The position numbers were made by a program, and so were the translations under genes. A DNA stretch of 64,000 bases, taken from NCBI GenBank assembly GCA_037481815.1, contig JBBFKX010000001.1, positions 352,001-416,000 on the forward strand. Reading direction: 5' to 3'. Source of the stretch: a candidate division WOR-3 bacterium. GTDB taxonomy: Bacteria > Hydrothermota > 32-111. Below, one piece after another: positions 51,458-61,442 of the stretch. The notes beneath the pieces were generated by a model. That model was not told the origin of the DNA. It was given only the letters and a program-made list of their open reading frames with translations, and made no database searches. The first letter of the stretch is position 1, and each line of letters opens with the position of its first letter.

Positions 51458-54241
51458 CTATTGACTTATTAAAGTTTCGACACTTTCTTCTTTTAAATCT
51501 TTATCATTTTTATCATCACCTAAAGTTTTGTGTCCTTTTCTTTTAACCCACATTTTTACCTCTTCTCTTATCTGCTGTATCTGTTCATCTCCTGGTTTTA
51601 TAATATCCCAAAGATCAAGCAATCTAGTTAAAATTTCAGGTTCTTCTTTTTCCATATAGAAGAATCCAATAACATTTCCGAGAAGTTGTAAATCGGTTTT
51701 TAAATTTTGAACGATACTTTCAAAATTTACACTATCCCCTTGCTTATAATACACTTTTAAAAGACCAGATAAAAACATCGCATTTTTTGGATCCTTATCA
51801 ACATACTTTTTGAATATTTCCAAAGATTTTTGATAATCGTTTAATTTTAAATATATTTGTCCAAGAAGGAAATCGAATATCTCTGTCTTTTCTCCCTTTT
51901 TATCGATTGATTTACCATATAATATCTCTCTCTCAGCCTCTTCATATTTACCTAAATCCATAAGAAATCTTGTGATCTGCAAAGTAACTGCGTTTCTATC
52001 ATAAACATAAAATTTTCTTCCCTCTCTTAAATACTCGATCGATTTTTCAAGGGAATCTATCTGTGCATAGTATATCCCAAGTTGTAAAAATCCAGCAGCA
52101 TAGTTAGTCATTATTCTATCGATGTTATCATCTTTAACAATTTTTTCGTCAAGAATATATTTGTATTTATAAACGTTATAGATATTATGTTTCGTTCTTT
52201 CAACATCTATCAGATAAGGATACTTCTTTGCTTCTTCAGTAGAAACGATTCTGTATGCTAATCCTTCAAGAACAGAATTCTGTTTGTAACCCATTCTTGC
52301 ATCATCCGAAACCGTAACCGAAAAATATATTTCTATAGAATCTGCCTTGTAATTATCAAGAACTTTCGTTTTAAATTCCTGTGTGCTAGAATAAAGAATA
52401 TCCTTTGTACATTTTATTCCAGAAGTTGTACACATCATATTCCTTATCGCAAGATCTCTAACATAAAGTACCTCTCCATTAGGTAATCTGACGGGCATAA
52501 GATTATCTATCTCTTCATCAGTAAAACTTATTGGAACACCAAAAGATTTCATCTGTTTTATATACCAAGGAGTATTCAAAAGTGAAAGGTTACATACCAT
52601 AACACCTTTTCGATTTTTACGGTCGAGTGTTCTATAATTTCTCACTACCTGTTCAAACCAGAGCGGATATGTATCATTATCACCATTTGTAAAGATAACA
52701 GCGTTATCCCTCGGTGTGTCAAGCATATTTTTCGCATATTCATCTGCGATCCAATTGTTTCTTCTGTTTGCGTTTGATCTTATATTCGCAAAAATTGGTG
52801 AAATCGATATTATTACAAGAAAGATTATCAAAAATATTGATATAAAGTTCATGCTATTTTTGTTGTTTTTTGCTCTTTCAAAAAATTCTCTTATTCCAAA
52901 AGCGAAGAAAAAGAAAAAGAGAAAATAGGAAGGAGCATAGAAATAATCCCTTTCTCTGACTTCTTTTTCAACATGTAAAGGATTTGGGTCTGATGGTGAA
53001 TATTTCAGATTTAGATATGTTATTAGCCCAAACGAAAGAAGAAGCAAAACTATACCTATAAGAATAAAAGTTTTTTTCTCTTTTTTGTAATGAACATATA
53101 TACCATAAAACCCTATTATCGAAGTGATTGAAACTATAAGTGATGAAAGAATTTTTAATAGGACAGATGGATTTAAAACTTCTTCAGGTCTATATATTGG
53201 TGAGAATTGCCAAGAATAATATCTTATAAAAACTTTAATCTGCTCAATATATGCAGGAATCGTTCCAATGCCATAATCAGTTTTTCTTGGTAAAAGGTTC
53301 ATCGGACCATACTGTTTTCTGTTAAAGACATCCCATAGATCTCTCAATGTAACTGGTGCTGCTATGTTTATATATGGATTTTGTTTTGCTCTTATTATCA
53401 AAACAGCGTAAGTTGATACAGCAACGAGAATCAGAAATGTGTAAATTCCAAGATATGAAAAAACTTTTTTATAATTTACTTTTCTTTGAGAATTGAAAGA
53501 ATCGATCATCACAACCGTAATAACAGACAAAAACAAACCAACTATCAGAAGAACCATATTTTCTTTTGTAACAGCAAGATAAAGGAATGAAAATAAAACA
53601 CCAAAAGAAATGAGAGAAACTGAAAGATCATAATATTTTCTCCAAGCAACAACGATAAAAAATATTAAAGCAGCAGGTAAAGCTAAAAGTGAAAGCATGT
53701 GGATACCTATAGAAAGCAAAGTTATATAGATCACAAGCATAACATACCTATCATCATTTTTATCATCTAATTTATCCCACCATACAAGACATAAGAAAAT
53801 TGAGATCAGGATCATCAAAACAGCTGGATTATAAACTTCCGCCTCAATAGCTGACTGCCAGAACGAATATATTAAAGAAGCAAAAAGAGAAGAGAAAAAT
53901 GCTGAAATGTAATTCCATTTTTCATCTTTAAAAGTTTCAACTCTTCTGAAGACCTTCAAAATTATAAAGAAAAGAAAAACAGATGCGAGTGCACTTGAAA
54001 TCGAAGAGAAAAGGTTCACTCTTAAAGCGACCTCTTTAACAAAGAAAAGTATTCTTATAATCATGTTTCCAAGAAGTATCATCAAAGGAGTTCCTGGAGG
54101 ATGGGGAACGCCCAAAGAGTAGGAACAGGAAATAAATTCCCCACAATCCCAGAATGGAAGCGTTGGAGTAACAGTATAAAGATAAACTGAAAAAACTATT
54201 ATGAAAAGTAAAAGTCCTAACAGATAATCAAACTTTTTCAT
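51458..54241 (-). CDS. DUF2723 (TMEM260-like, GT-C fold) membrane protein with C-terminal TPRs
   Basis: FWDCGEFI...LGVPHPPG.P, WQSA.EAEVY, RERDYFY and FTNGDNDTYPLW motifs; TPR-like tail. Confidence 0.88.
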   Translation of the reverse strand: MKKFDYLLGLLLFIIVFSVYLYTVTPTLPFWDCGEFISCSYSLGVPHPPGTPLMILLGNMIIRILFFVKEVALRVNLFSSISSALASVFLFFIILKVFRRVETFKDEKWNYISAFFSSLFASLIYSFWQSAIEAEVYNPAVLMILISIFLCLVWWDKLDDKNDDRYVMLVIYITLLSIGIHMLSLLALPAALIFFIVVAWRKYYDLSVSLISFGVLFSFLYLAVTKENMVLLIVGLFLSVITVVMIDSFNSQRKVNYKKVFSYLGIYTFLILVAVSTYAVLIIRAKQNPYINIAAPVTLRDLWDVFNRKQYGPMNLLPRKTDYGIGTIPAYIEQIKVFIRYYSWQFSPIYRPEEVLNPSVLLKILSSLIVSITSIIGFYGIYVHYKKEKKTFILIGIVLLLLSFGLITYLNLKYSPSDPNPLHVEKEVRERDYFYAPSYFLFFFFFAFGIREFFERAKNNKNSMNFISIFLIIFLVIISISPIFANIRSNANRRNNWIADEYAKNMLDTPRDNAVIFTNGDNDTYPLWFEQVVRNYRTLDRKNRKGVMVCNLSLLNTPWYIKQMKSFGVPISFTDEEIDNLMPVRLPNGEVLYVRDLAIRNMMCTTSGIKCTKDILYSSTQEFKTKVLDNYKADSIEIYFSVTVSDDARMGYKQNSVLEGLAYRIVSTEEAKKYPYLIDVERTKHNIYNVYKYKYILDEKIVKDDNIDRIMTNYAAGFLQLGIYYAQIDSLEKSIEYLREGRKFYVYDRNAVTLQITRFLMDLGKYEEAEREILYGKSIDKKGEKTEIFDFLLGQIYLKLNDYQKSLEIFKKYVDKDPKNAMFLSGLLKVYYKQGDSVNFESIVQNLKTDLQLLGNVIGFFYMEKEEPEILTRLLDLWDIIKPGDEQIQQIREEVKMWVKRKGHKTLGDDKNDKDLKEESVETLISQ

Positions 54242-54256
54242 CCATCCTCCTATATT

Positions 54257-55108
54257 TTATCTTTCAAACCTTAACTTCCAAAAATCTTTAAAATCAGGTA
54301 GATAACCTATAGTTTCAACAAGATTATAAAGCATATTATCTTTTTTCACAAGATTTTTTTCGATTAATGGATATATGTTAATATTAATATAAAACTCATA
54401 TCCAGCCATATATATCCACCACGGCCATTTAGTATAATATTCTGAGTTTCGAAACATTTCTCTATTAAAAGACCAATAAAAAGTGACATTTTCAAGGTAT
54501 CCATAATGTTTAAGCAAAGCGTTGAAAACTCCTAAAATGTTTGCTGAAAGATCAAAAATATCAAAACCCTCTCCTTTCTGGTGACCATCCATATACTCCT
54601 CAAGAACTCCAAATCCAATTACAACAGAAGAAGAAAGAACAACAGACCAGTTTGAAATTTTTTTATGGATTTTACCTGTCGTCATTATGTTGTATGAACG
54701 ATCAAAAAGTGTCGCAAGAGGTATGACTGGAAGATATGAAAATATAAAATGAACACCTTTATCACATTGTGTCTCCTGAGCTATCTGTTCCGACCATGGT
54801 TTAAAATAAAAATCTCTTGCCTGAGAGGGATCAGCATGGTTTGGGCTTGTGAACCTTGTCCATCGATCAGCGAAATACCATCTCAAATCTTTGTTAAGAG
54901 AGATCAGAACAACTCCTCCTACAACTATCGTTGGAACTGCGATCTTCATAATATCTGAAAAATATTGATTGTTGAAAACAGTTAAGGTGTCCTCAAAATT
55001 TTCATCTTTGTTGTAAAATGAAAAAATGTTTATACATACAAAAGAGACAAGAAGTATTTTAAAGATAAAATCTTGAAATCTCTTTTTCAAGGGTTTGGGA
55101 ATCAACAT
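54257..55108 (-). CDS. Hypothetical protein with YfiM/DUF2279-like motif (start uncertain)
   Basis: DKGVHF...EEYMDG...GFDIFDLSANILG. Confidence 0.5.
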   Translation of the reverse strand: MLIPKPLKKRFQDFIFKILLVSFVCINIFSFYNKDENFEDTLTVFNNQYFSDIMKIAVPTIVVGGVVLISLNKDLRWYFADRWTRFTSPNHADPSQARDFYFKPWSEQIAQETQCDKGVHFIFSYLPVIPLATLFDRSYNIMTTGKIHKKISNWSVVLSSSVVIGFGVLEEYMDGHQKGEGFDIFDLSANILGVFNALLKHYGYLENVTFYWSFNREMFRNSEYYTKWPWWIYMAGYEFYININIYPLIEKNLVKKDNMLYNLVETIGYLPDFKDFWKLRFER

Positions 55109-55802
55109 CTCTTTTCAAAACTCCTTTTTCCGCGATCGAAATCATTCTTCTTTCCTCTGAAATTACTATCACTAGTGCATCTGTTTCCTCTGAAAGTCCA
55201 AGTGCAGCCCTATGTCTTGTTCCAAGAGTAACTCCCTGTATCGGATTTTCAGATAAAGGTAAAATAGCTGATGCAGCAACTATCCTTTCATCTTTTATTA
55301 TCAAGGCACCATCATGGAGTGGAGATTTTGGAGAAAAGATTGAAACTATCAGGTCAGAATTTATCGCAGAGTTTAAACTTGTCCCGGTTTCATAAAAATG
55401 TTTAAGTCCAACATCTCCTTCAAGAACTATAAGTCCTCCAAGCCCTCTGTCAACAAGTTTTTGAACACTTTTAACTATTTCGTCTATATAGGTTTTTCTT
55501 TCCTCTTTTATAAAGTATCTCACAAACTTCGATTTACCAAGAACAGTTAATACCCTTCTGATTTCTGGCTGAAAAACAACTATGAAAAATATTATCCATA
55601 TCGATTTAAGGCCGTTCAATATCCAGGTTAAACCTCGAAAGTTCAAAAAATCGGAAACGAAAGTTACAAGAAAGATCAGGAATATTCCAATAAACATCTG
55701 AACAGCTCTTGTGCCTTTCAGAAACCTTAAGGCCTGATAAACAATTGCAGAAACTATAATGATATCGAGTAAATCAAGTATACCAATCTTTATCAATGAC
55801 AC
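55059..55802 (-). CDS. cdaA: Diadenylate cyclase CdaA
   Basis: Three TMs, FQPEIRR, PLHDGA, GTRHRAA and SEE motifs. Confidence 0.94.
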   Translation of the reverse strand: MSLIKIGILDLLDIIIVSAIVYQALRFLKGTRAVQMFIGIFLIFLVTFVSDFLNFRGLTWILNGLKSIWIIFFIVVFQPEIRRVLTVLGKSKFVRYFIKEERKTYIDEIVKSVQKLVDRGLGGLIVLEGDVGLKHFYETGTSLNSAINSDLIVSIFSPKSPLHDGALIIKDERIVAASAILPLSENPIQGVTLGTRHRAALGLSEETDALVIVISEERRMISIAEKGVLKRDVDSQTLEKEISRFYL

Positions 55803-56977
55803 AAAACCTCCGATGCGATTTTTAGAGCATCATAATTTTCCTTAACATTGTGAACTCTGAAAATTTTTGCACCATTAAAAAAACCACAAACATTTGCTCC
55901 AACTGTTCCATACAATCTTTCCTGTGATTCCCTGTTCAAAATTTTTCCTATAAAACTTTTGTTTGAAACCCCAAGTGTTATGGGTTTTTTCAGGGATCTA
56001 AAAATTTCAAGATTGTTCAAAATTTTTAGATTATCCTCAACGGTTTTACCAAAACCAATACCAGGGTCAACAGAAATTTTTAATGGATCAATACCTGAAG
56101 AAAGAGCATTTTCGATACTTTTTTCAAGATACTCAACTATATCAAGAAGAAGATCTTCATAGGTTGGATTCACTTGCATATCTTTCGGGGTTCCTTTTAT
56201 ATGCATCAAAATCACAGATGAATTTTTTTTTGCAACAACATTTTTCATCTCAGGATCAAAGTTTAAACCACTTATATCGTTTACTATCCTGACTCCCGCT
56301 GATAAAGCATAAGATGCTGTTTTTGAGTTGTATGTATCGATAGAAAGCAAAAGTTCTGGAAACCGTTTTAAAATATTTTCAATAACAGGCAAAACCCTTT
56401 TTATCTCTTCATCAACACTTACAGGTTCACTGAAAGGTCTTGTCGATTGACCACCAACATCTATAATGTCAACGCCCTCCTCGATCATCTGTTCAACTCT
56501 TATCAACGCTTTTTCAATATTATTAAATTTTCCTCCATCGTAGAACGAATCAGGTGTAACATTCAAAATCCCCATGATCAGAAAATTTTTTTCAGACAAC
56601 AAATCTTTACCATCAACAAAAAAACAATCTTTGTACTCAATCATTTCAATAATTTGATTCATACTTTTTTCGAGTGAAAATGGTTGTCCTTTCAATTTCT
56701 CTTTCATCTTGATAATCTGAGATAATGTTGCTGAGAGTAGAATATCCGATTTATCAGTTTTTCCAGAAATAACATCTTTTGCAATAGAGCAATCACATCC
56801 AACAGAAAGAGCCGTTTGTTTTAAAATATTTGCGAATTCGATTTTTGCATCCTTAAAAAAAACAAGGTATGAATATGTTTTCTTTTCCATCAATTCAACA
56901 GAATAGGGATCACATTTTGTTTTTTCGATCCAGTCCTTATAACTTTTTTTATCCTTTTTCAAAATGTATATTTTCAT
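55793..56977 (-). CDS. folP: Dihydropteroate synthase with about 125-aa N-terminal extension
   Basis: MGILNVTPDSFYDGG, GGQSTRP, SIDT, DPGIGFGK, SNKSF and RVHNV. Confidence 0.95.
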   Translation of the reverse strand: MKIYILKKDKKSYKDWIEKTKCDPYSVELMEKKTYSYLVFFKDAKIEFANILKQTALSVGCDCSIAKDVISGKTDKSDILLSATLSQIIKMKEKLKGQPFSLEKSMNQIIEMIEYKDCFFVDGKDLLSEKNFLIMGILNVTPDSFYDGGKFNNIEKALIRVEQMIEEGVDIIDVGGQSTRPFSEPVSVDEEIKRVLPVIENILKRFPELLLSIDTYNSKTASYALSAGVRIVNDISGLNFDPEMKNVVAKKNSSVILMHIKGTPKDMQVNPTYEDLLLDIVEYLEKSIENALSSGIDPLKISVDPGIGFGKTVEDNLKILNNLEIFRSLKKPITLGVSNKSFIGKILNRESQERLYGTVGANVCGFFNGAKIFRVHNVKENYDALKIASEVLCH

Positions 56978-57564
56978 CTACTCTCACCTGCTTTTATCAG
57001 GTTCAACGCTTCTTCCCTTGTGATAGGTTTTTTCATCACACCTCTTATCGCACTCGTTGTGGTATAGACACCAGGTTTTTTTATTCCCCTCATATAAAGA
57101 CACATCTGCTGTGCTTCAACAATAACTAAAATACCCATCGGTTTTAAAAGTTTGTTGAGAGTATCCGCAATATCTGTTGTCATTCTTTCCTGTATCTGTG
57201 GTCTCTTGGCAATCGTATCAACCACCTCTAAAAGATTAGAAAAGCCGGTTATCTTGTTGTTAGCAGGGATGTATGCTATATGGACATATCCGAAAAAAGG
57301 TAGAAGATGGTGCTCGCACATTGAAAAAAAAGGAATATATCTTAACACTATCATCTCATCCTGATTTTTGGTTTCTATAAGTTTGATCTCCTTGTTCACA
57401 TCTTTGAACAAACCTGAAAATATCTCCTCATACATCAAAGCAACTCTTTTGGGAGTATCTTTCATCCCCTCTTTGTTTATTTTTTCGCCAAGTGCATCGA
57501 TTATAAGTTGAACACCCTTTTCTATCTTTTTTAAATCTATACTTCTTTTAGACGACCTCTTCAT
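56974..57564 (-). CDS. folE: GTP cyclohydrolase I (variant active site)
   Basis: TPKRVA, CEHHLLPF, RPQIQER and MC..MRG; sits between ftsH and folP. Confidence 0.9.
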   Translation of the reverse strand: MKRSSKRSIDLKKIEKGVQLIIDALGEKINKEGMKDTPKRVALMYEEIFSGLFKDVNKEIKLIETKNQDEMIVLRYIPFFSMCEHHLLPFFGYVHIAYIPANNKITGFSNLLEVVDTIAKRPQIQERMTTDIADTLNKLLKPMGILVIVEAQQMCLYMRGIKKPGVYTTTSAIRGVMKKPITREEALNLIKAGESR

Positions 57565-59419
57565 TTTTTACCTCATTTTTTTCATTATCTTTTTTCAATG
57601 GTTCAAGTTCTTCTCCTCTCATTATTCTGTCGATATCTTCACTATCGAGTGTTTCCCTTTCAAGAAGATAATTTGCCATTTTGTTCAATTTATCAAGGTT
57701 GTTTTTAAGTATATCGAGTGCTCTTTGCATCGCTTCATCAACTATCTTTTTCACTTCTGAATCTATCAACCTTGCAGTTTCCTCTGAAAAATCTTTCCTC
57801 TGAGTTATCTCACGGCCAAGGAAAATCGAATCATGTGGGTTTGAATATTGTATCGTTCCAACCTTCTCACTCATTCCCCATTCACAAACCATTTTATGTG
57901 CGATTTCGGTTGCTTTTTCAATATCGTTGCTTGCACCTGTTGTTATATCACCTAAAGCAAGGATCTCTGCTGCTCTTCCACCAAGAAGTGAAGCAAGATT
58001 ATCAAGAAGATAATTTTTCGAATACATATGTCTATCATCTATTGGTAAAAACTGTGTTACTCCCAAAGCCATACCTCGCGGGATAACGGTTACTTTAAAC
58101 ACTGGGTCAACATTTTTCAAATTTTTTGAGACGATAACATGACCAGATTCATGATATGCGCTTATTCTTCTCTCATTCTCAGATATCACAGCCGACTTCC
58201 TTGCAAGTCCCATGAGGATTTTATCCTTTGCTTCCTCAAATTCCTCCATGTTCACTTCATTTTTATCTTTTCTTGCAGCAAGGAGTGCCGCTTCGTTTAC
58301 CATATTAGCGATATCTGCACCTGTAAAACCTGGAGTCGCTTTTGCAAGGATTGAAAAATCAACATCTTTTCCAAGTGGAATCTTTCTTGTATGAATTACA
58401 AAAATTTCCTCTCTCCCTTTTACATCCGGTCTATCGATAACGATTCTTCGATCAAACCTCCCAGGTCTTAGAAGTGCCGGATCAAGTATGTCAGGTCTAT
58501 TTGTAGCAGCCATAACTATCACTGCTTCATCCGTCTGAAATCCATCCATTTCAACGAGTAGTTGGTTCAACGTCTGCTCTCTTTCATCATGTCCACCACC
58601 TATACCTGCTCCTCTGTGTCTTCCAACAGCATCTATTTCATCGATGAAAACTATACAAGGTGAATTGGCTTTTGCTCTTTGAAACAGATCCCTTACTCTT
58701 GAAGCACCAACTCCCACAAACATTTCAACAAAATCTGATCCGGATATTGAAAAGAACGGGACTTTTGCTTCACCAGCGACAGCTTTTGCCATCAATGTTT
58801 TTCCTGTTCCAGGAGAACCTAAAAGTAGAACTCCTTTGGGAATTCTACCACCCAAACGGATGTATTTACCTGGATGTTTTAAAAAATCTATTATCTCCTG
58901 TAATTCTTCCTTTGCTTCTTTAGCACCAGCAACATCGTTGAAAGTAACTTTTGGTGTTAAAACCATCACAGCGTTTGATCTTCCAAAAGTGAAAGCACGA
59001 TTCTGACTGTTTGAAATCGATCGTGTAAAGAAATAGAATAGAACAAAAAATGTGATCAATGGAATAACATAAGGTAAAACTTCCCCCCAGAAATTTGAAG
59101 GGATTTTAACTGTTATATTCACATTCTGTTCAACCATCTTTTGAACAAGATTGTTATCATCATAAGGAATTATCGTCTTAAACTGTCCACCATCTTTATA
59201 CTCTCCAGATATATTCCTCTCAACGATCGTTACACTCTTAATCTTTCCGCTCATCAACTCATTGTAAAAAGTGGAATAATCTATCTGTTTCACCTGTGAA
59301 GTGAAGAACCCTATTATGTTCGGTAAAAAAAGCAAAAGAAGAAGTGTTATTATCCAGATAGTCCATTTGGCTTTATCCTCATTCCCTTTGTATATTTTTT
59401 TTATGTTCCTTTTCTTCAT
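57548..59419 (-). CDS. ftsH: ATP-dependent zinc metalloprotease FtsH
   Basis: Two TMs, [17 protein letters not shown] ([10 protein letters not shown]) and HESGH. Confidence 0.98.
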   Translation of the reverse strand: MKKRNIKKIYKGNEDKAKWTIWIITLLLLLFLPNIIGFFTSQVKQIDYSTFYNELMSGKIKSVTIVERNISGEYKDGGQFKTIIPYDDNNLVQKMVEQNVNITVKIPSNFWGEVLPYVIPLITFFVLFYFFTRSISNSQNRAFTFGRSNAVMVLTPKVTFNDVAGAKEAKEELQEIIDFLKHPGKYIRLGGRIPKGVLLLGSPGTGKTLMAKAVAGEAKVPFFSISGSDFVEMFVGVGASRVRDLFQRAKANSPCIVFIDEIDAVGRHRGAGIGGGHDEREQTLNQLLVEMDGFQTDEAVIVMAATNRPDILDPALLRPGRFDRRIVIDRPDVKGREEIFVIHTRKIPLGKDVDFSILAKATPGFTGADIANMVNEAALLAARKDKNEVNMEEFEEAKDKILMGLARKSAVISENERRISAYHESGHVIVSKNLKNVDPVFKVTVIPRGMALGVTQFLPIDDRHMYSKNYLLDNLASLLGGRAAEILALGDITTGASNDIEKATEIAHKMVCEWGMSEKVGTIQYSNPHDSIFLGREITQRKDFSEETARLIDSEVKKIVDEAMQRALDILKNNLDKLNKMANYLLERETLDSEDIDRIMRGEELEPLKKDNEKNEVKNEEVV

Positions 59420-59423
59420 AAAC

Positions 59424-59951
59424 TTATTCCTCCTTTAAGATACCAATATATGGCAGATTTCTGTACATCTGTTTATAATCGAGACCATAACCAACAACAA
59501 AATGGTCATCGATAACAAAACACGAATAATCAGGGTTTTCATCTACCTTTCTTTTACATTTTTTATCAAGAAGTGTGACAAGTTTTAAACTTTTTGGAGA
59601 GTTCGCAAGAAGTTTTAATTTTAAATGTTTATAGGTTAAACCTGTGTCTATGATATCCTCAACAACAACTACATCCCTACGTTCAATATCTATACTGATG
59701 TCCTCTTCAATCCTCACCTTCCCGGAACTCATTTTTTCACCTTCGTAAGAACTTATTATCATAAAATCGACATTCAAAGGAAAATTCAATTTTGTGATAA
59801 GGTTGGCAGCGAAAATAAAAGCTCCTTTTAGAATAACTATGAATACAGGTTTTTTATCTTTGTATTCTTGATTCAAAATCTTTGCCAATTCATCTATCTT
59901 TTTTTTGATCTCATCTTCTGTTATAAAAACTTCAACATATTCTTTTGACAT
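59424..59951 (-). CDS. hpt: Hypoxanthine phosphoribosyltransferase
   Basis: ILKGAFIF, VVVEDIIDTGLT and FVVGYGLDY; tilS-hpt-ftsH synteny. Confidence 0.95.
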   Translation of the reverse strand: MSKEYVEVFITEDEIKKKIDELAKILNQEYKDKKPVFIVILKGAFIFAANLITKLNFPLNVDFMIISSYEGEKMSSGKVRIEEDISIDIERRDVVVVEDIIDTGLTYKHLKLKLLANSPKSLKLVTLLDKKCKRKVDENPDYSCFVIDDHFVVGYGLDYKQMYRNLPYIGILKEE

Positions 59952-61290
59952 AAAATTGTATACACTCCTTTTCTTTCTGAAGATCAACAACATAAAGGTT
60001 ACTTCTTTTCAAATCACCCAATACCAAAACCTCATTTTTTTCGTTTATGATAACAGGTAATCTTTCTCTCAAACTTTTTTCAACTTTCAAATCCAGAAAA
60101 ATTTTGCTTATTTTCTTTTCATAATCACAATTAAACAATGTCATTCTATAACCTCTTTCATATCTTTTTAAAAAGAATCTTTTTCCACAATCAAGTGTAA
60201 AATAGAATCTATTTTTATCAAACCTGACATTTTCTGATTTGACTTTTTTCATAGAAACTTCGAAACCGTTGAAATAAACTTTTCTGTTCAACTTTATTTC
60301 ACAGAAATCTTTTAAATCTTCTTTCTCCTCTTTTGATTTATATACCAATATAATGTTATACTTTTTTTCTAAATAAAAATCTCCTATCTTTTTTTCAATG
60401 TTTTTTTTACTGGATGCTATTATCTTTTCAACCTCATCGATGATATTTCTGTTAACATAAAAAAACTTTGAAAGAGCAATGTATATTAAAATTTTTCTTA
60501 ATTTTTTATTATAAACCAAAACTTTTGAAATATCAATAACAAGTGAACCATTTTCATATTGAAAAATTTTTAAATATTCAAATAAAAGTTGTTCAAACCC
60601 ATTTTCAAATTCTTTCAGGTTGTTAAAAAAAACTTTGAAATGGTATATACCATCTTTCAACGAATTTTCAAGAACAGGGATAAGATCATGTCTTATTCTG
60701 TTTCTTAAAATATTTTTGTTTAAATTGGTGGGATCTTCGATGTATTCTATACCTTCTTTTTTTAACATGTTCAATATATCATTCTTTTTTAAAAACAGTA
60801 AAGGCCTTACAAAAACATTTTCTACTGGATCTATAGACGACGCACCTCTAATTCCAGTATTCCTCTGGAGGTTTATAAAAAATGTTTCAACGGCATCAGT
60901 TAAATTATGTCCGGTAAAAATATAGTCAAACTTTTTCTTTTTTAAAATATCGAAAAGATATTTTTTTCGAACTTCCCTTGCTGCCCTTTCAAAACCCAAC
61001 TTTTTCGTTTCTTTTAAATCCAACACTTTTTCACTTCTGTAATTCAATCTGATATTGTTATCTTTACATATCTTTTTTACAAAATTTTCCTCTTTTAAAA
61101 CATCTTCCCTTTCATTATGGTTAAGATAAAAACATTCAAAATAAATGTTGAACTTCTTTTGGCAGTAAAGCAAAAAATAAAACAATAAAGTAGAATCGGG
61201 TCCCCCTGAAAAACTCAAAAGTACCCTTTTATCTTTTAATTCAACACTGTTATCTTTTAAAAATTCTAAAATTTCCTCAAAAAGTTTCAT
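59932..61290 (-). CDS. tilS: tRNA(Ile)-lysidine synthase
   Basis: SFSGGPDS, AAR..R, TGHN.TD..ET, RPLL, DPTN and RNRIR; start likely ATG 61290. Confidence 0.93.
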   Translation of the reverse strand: MKLFEEILEFLKDNSVELKDKRVLLSFSGGPDSTLLFYFLLYCQKKFNIYFECFYLNHNEREDVLKEENFVKKICKDNNIRLNYRSEKVLDLKETKKLGFERAAREVRKKYLFDILKKKKFDYIFTGHNLTDAVETFFINLQRNTGIRGASSIDPVENVFVRPLLFLKKNDILNMLKKEGIEYIEDPTNLNKNILRNRIRHDLIPVLENSLKDGIYHFKVFFNNLKEFENGFEQLLFEYLKIFQYENGSLVIDISKVLVYNKKLRKILIYIALSKFFYVNRNIIDEVEKIIASSKKNIEKKIGDFYLEKKYNIILVYKSKEEKEDLKDFCEIKLNRKVYFNGFEVSMKKVKSENVRFDKNRFYFTLDCGKRFFLKRYERGYRMTLFNCDYEKKISKIFLDLKVEKSLRERLPVIINEKNEVLVLGDLKRSNLYVVDLQKEKECIQFYVKRIC

Positions 61291-61296
61291 TTTATT

Positions 61297-61324
61297 AGTA
61301 TAATTCAAAATAGTGTAATATCAA
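61297..61324 (-). promoter_or_regulatory. Putative leaderless promoter of tilS (TTGATA-N16-TATACT-N6-ATG)
   Basis: Near-consensus hexamers; ATG at the expected +1; no SD. Confidence 0.55.
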
Positions 61325-61415
61325 TAGGAAGTGATCATATATTATATTAAAAATTCTTTTTTAATTGTTGACTTTTAGAAATGACATTTGATTTGTGGAC
61401 ACTTTTAGTAAATTT

Positions 61416-61440
61416 AAAAGGGCGAGTTTCTCACCCTCTT
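61416..61440 (-). terminator. Intrinsic terminator of the lexA-polY cassette
   Basis: Minus strand AGGGTGAG-AAA-CTCGCCCT followed by TTT, just after the polymerase stop codon. Confidence 0.7.
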
Positions 61441-61442
61441 CA

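Noticed and set aside
61371..61408. Direct repeat ACTTTTAG twice, 30 bp apart, in the tilS-polY gap
   Set aside because: Only two short AT-rich copies, compatible with chance. It is not a CRISPR array or iteron set.
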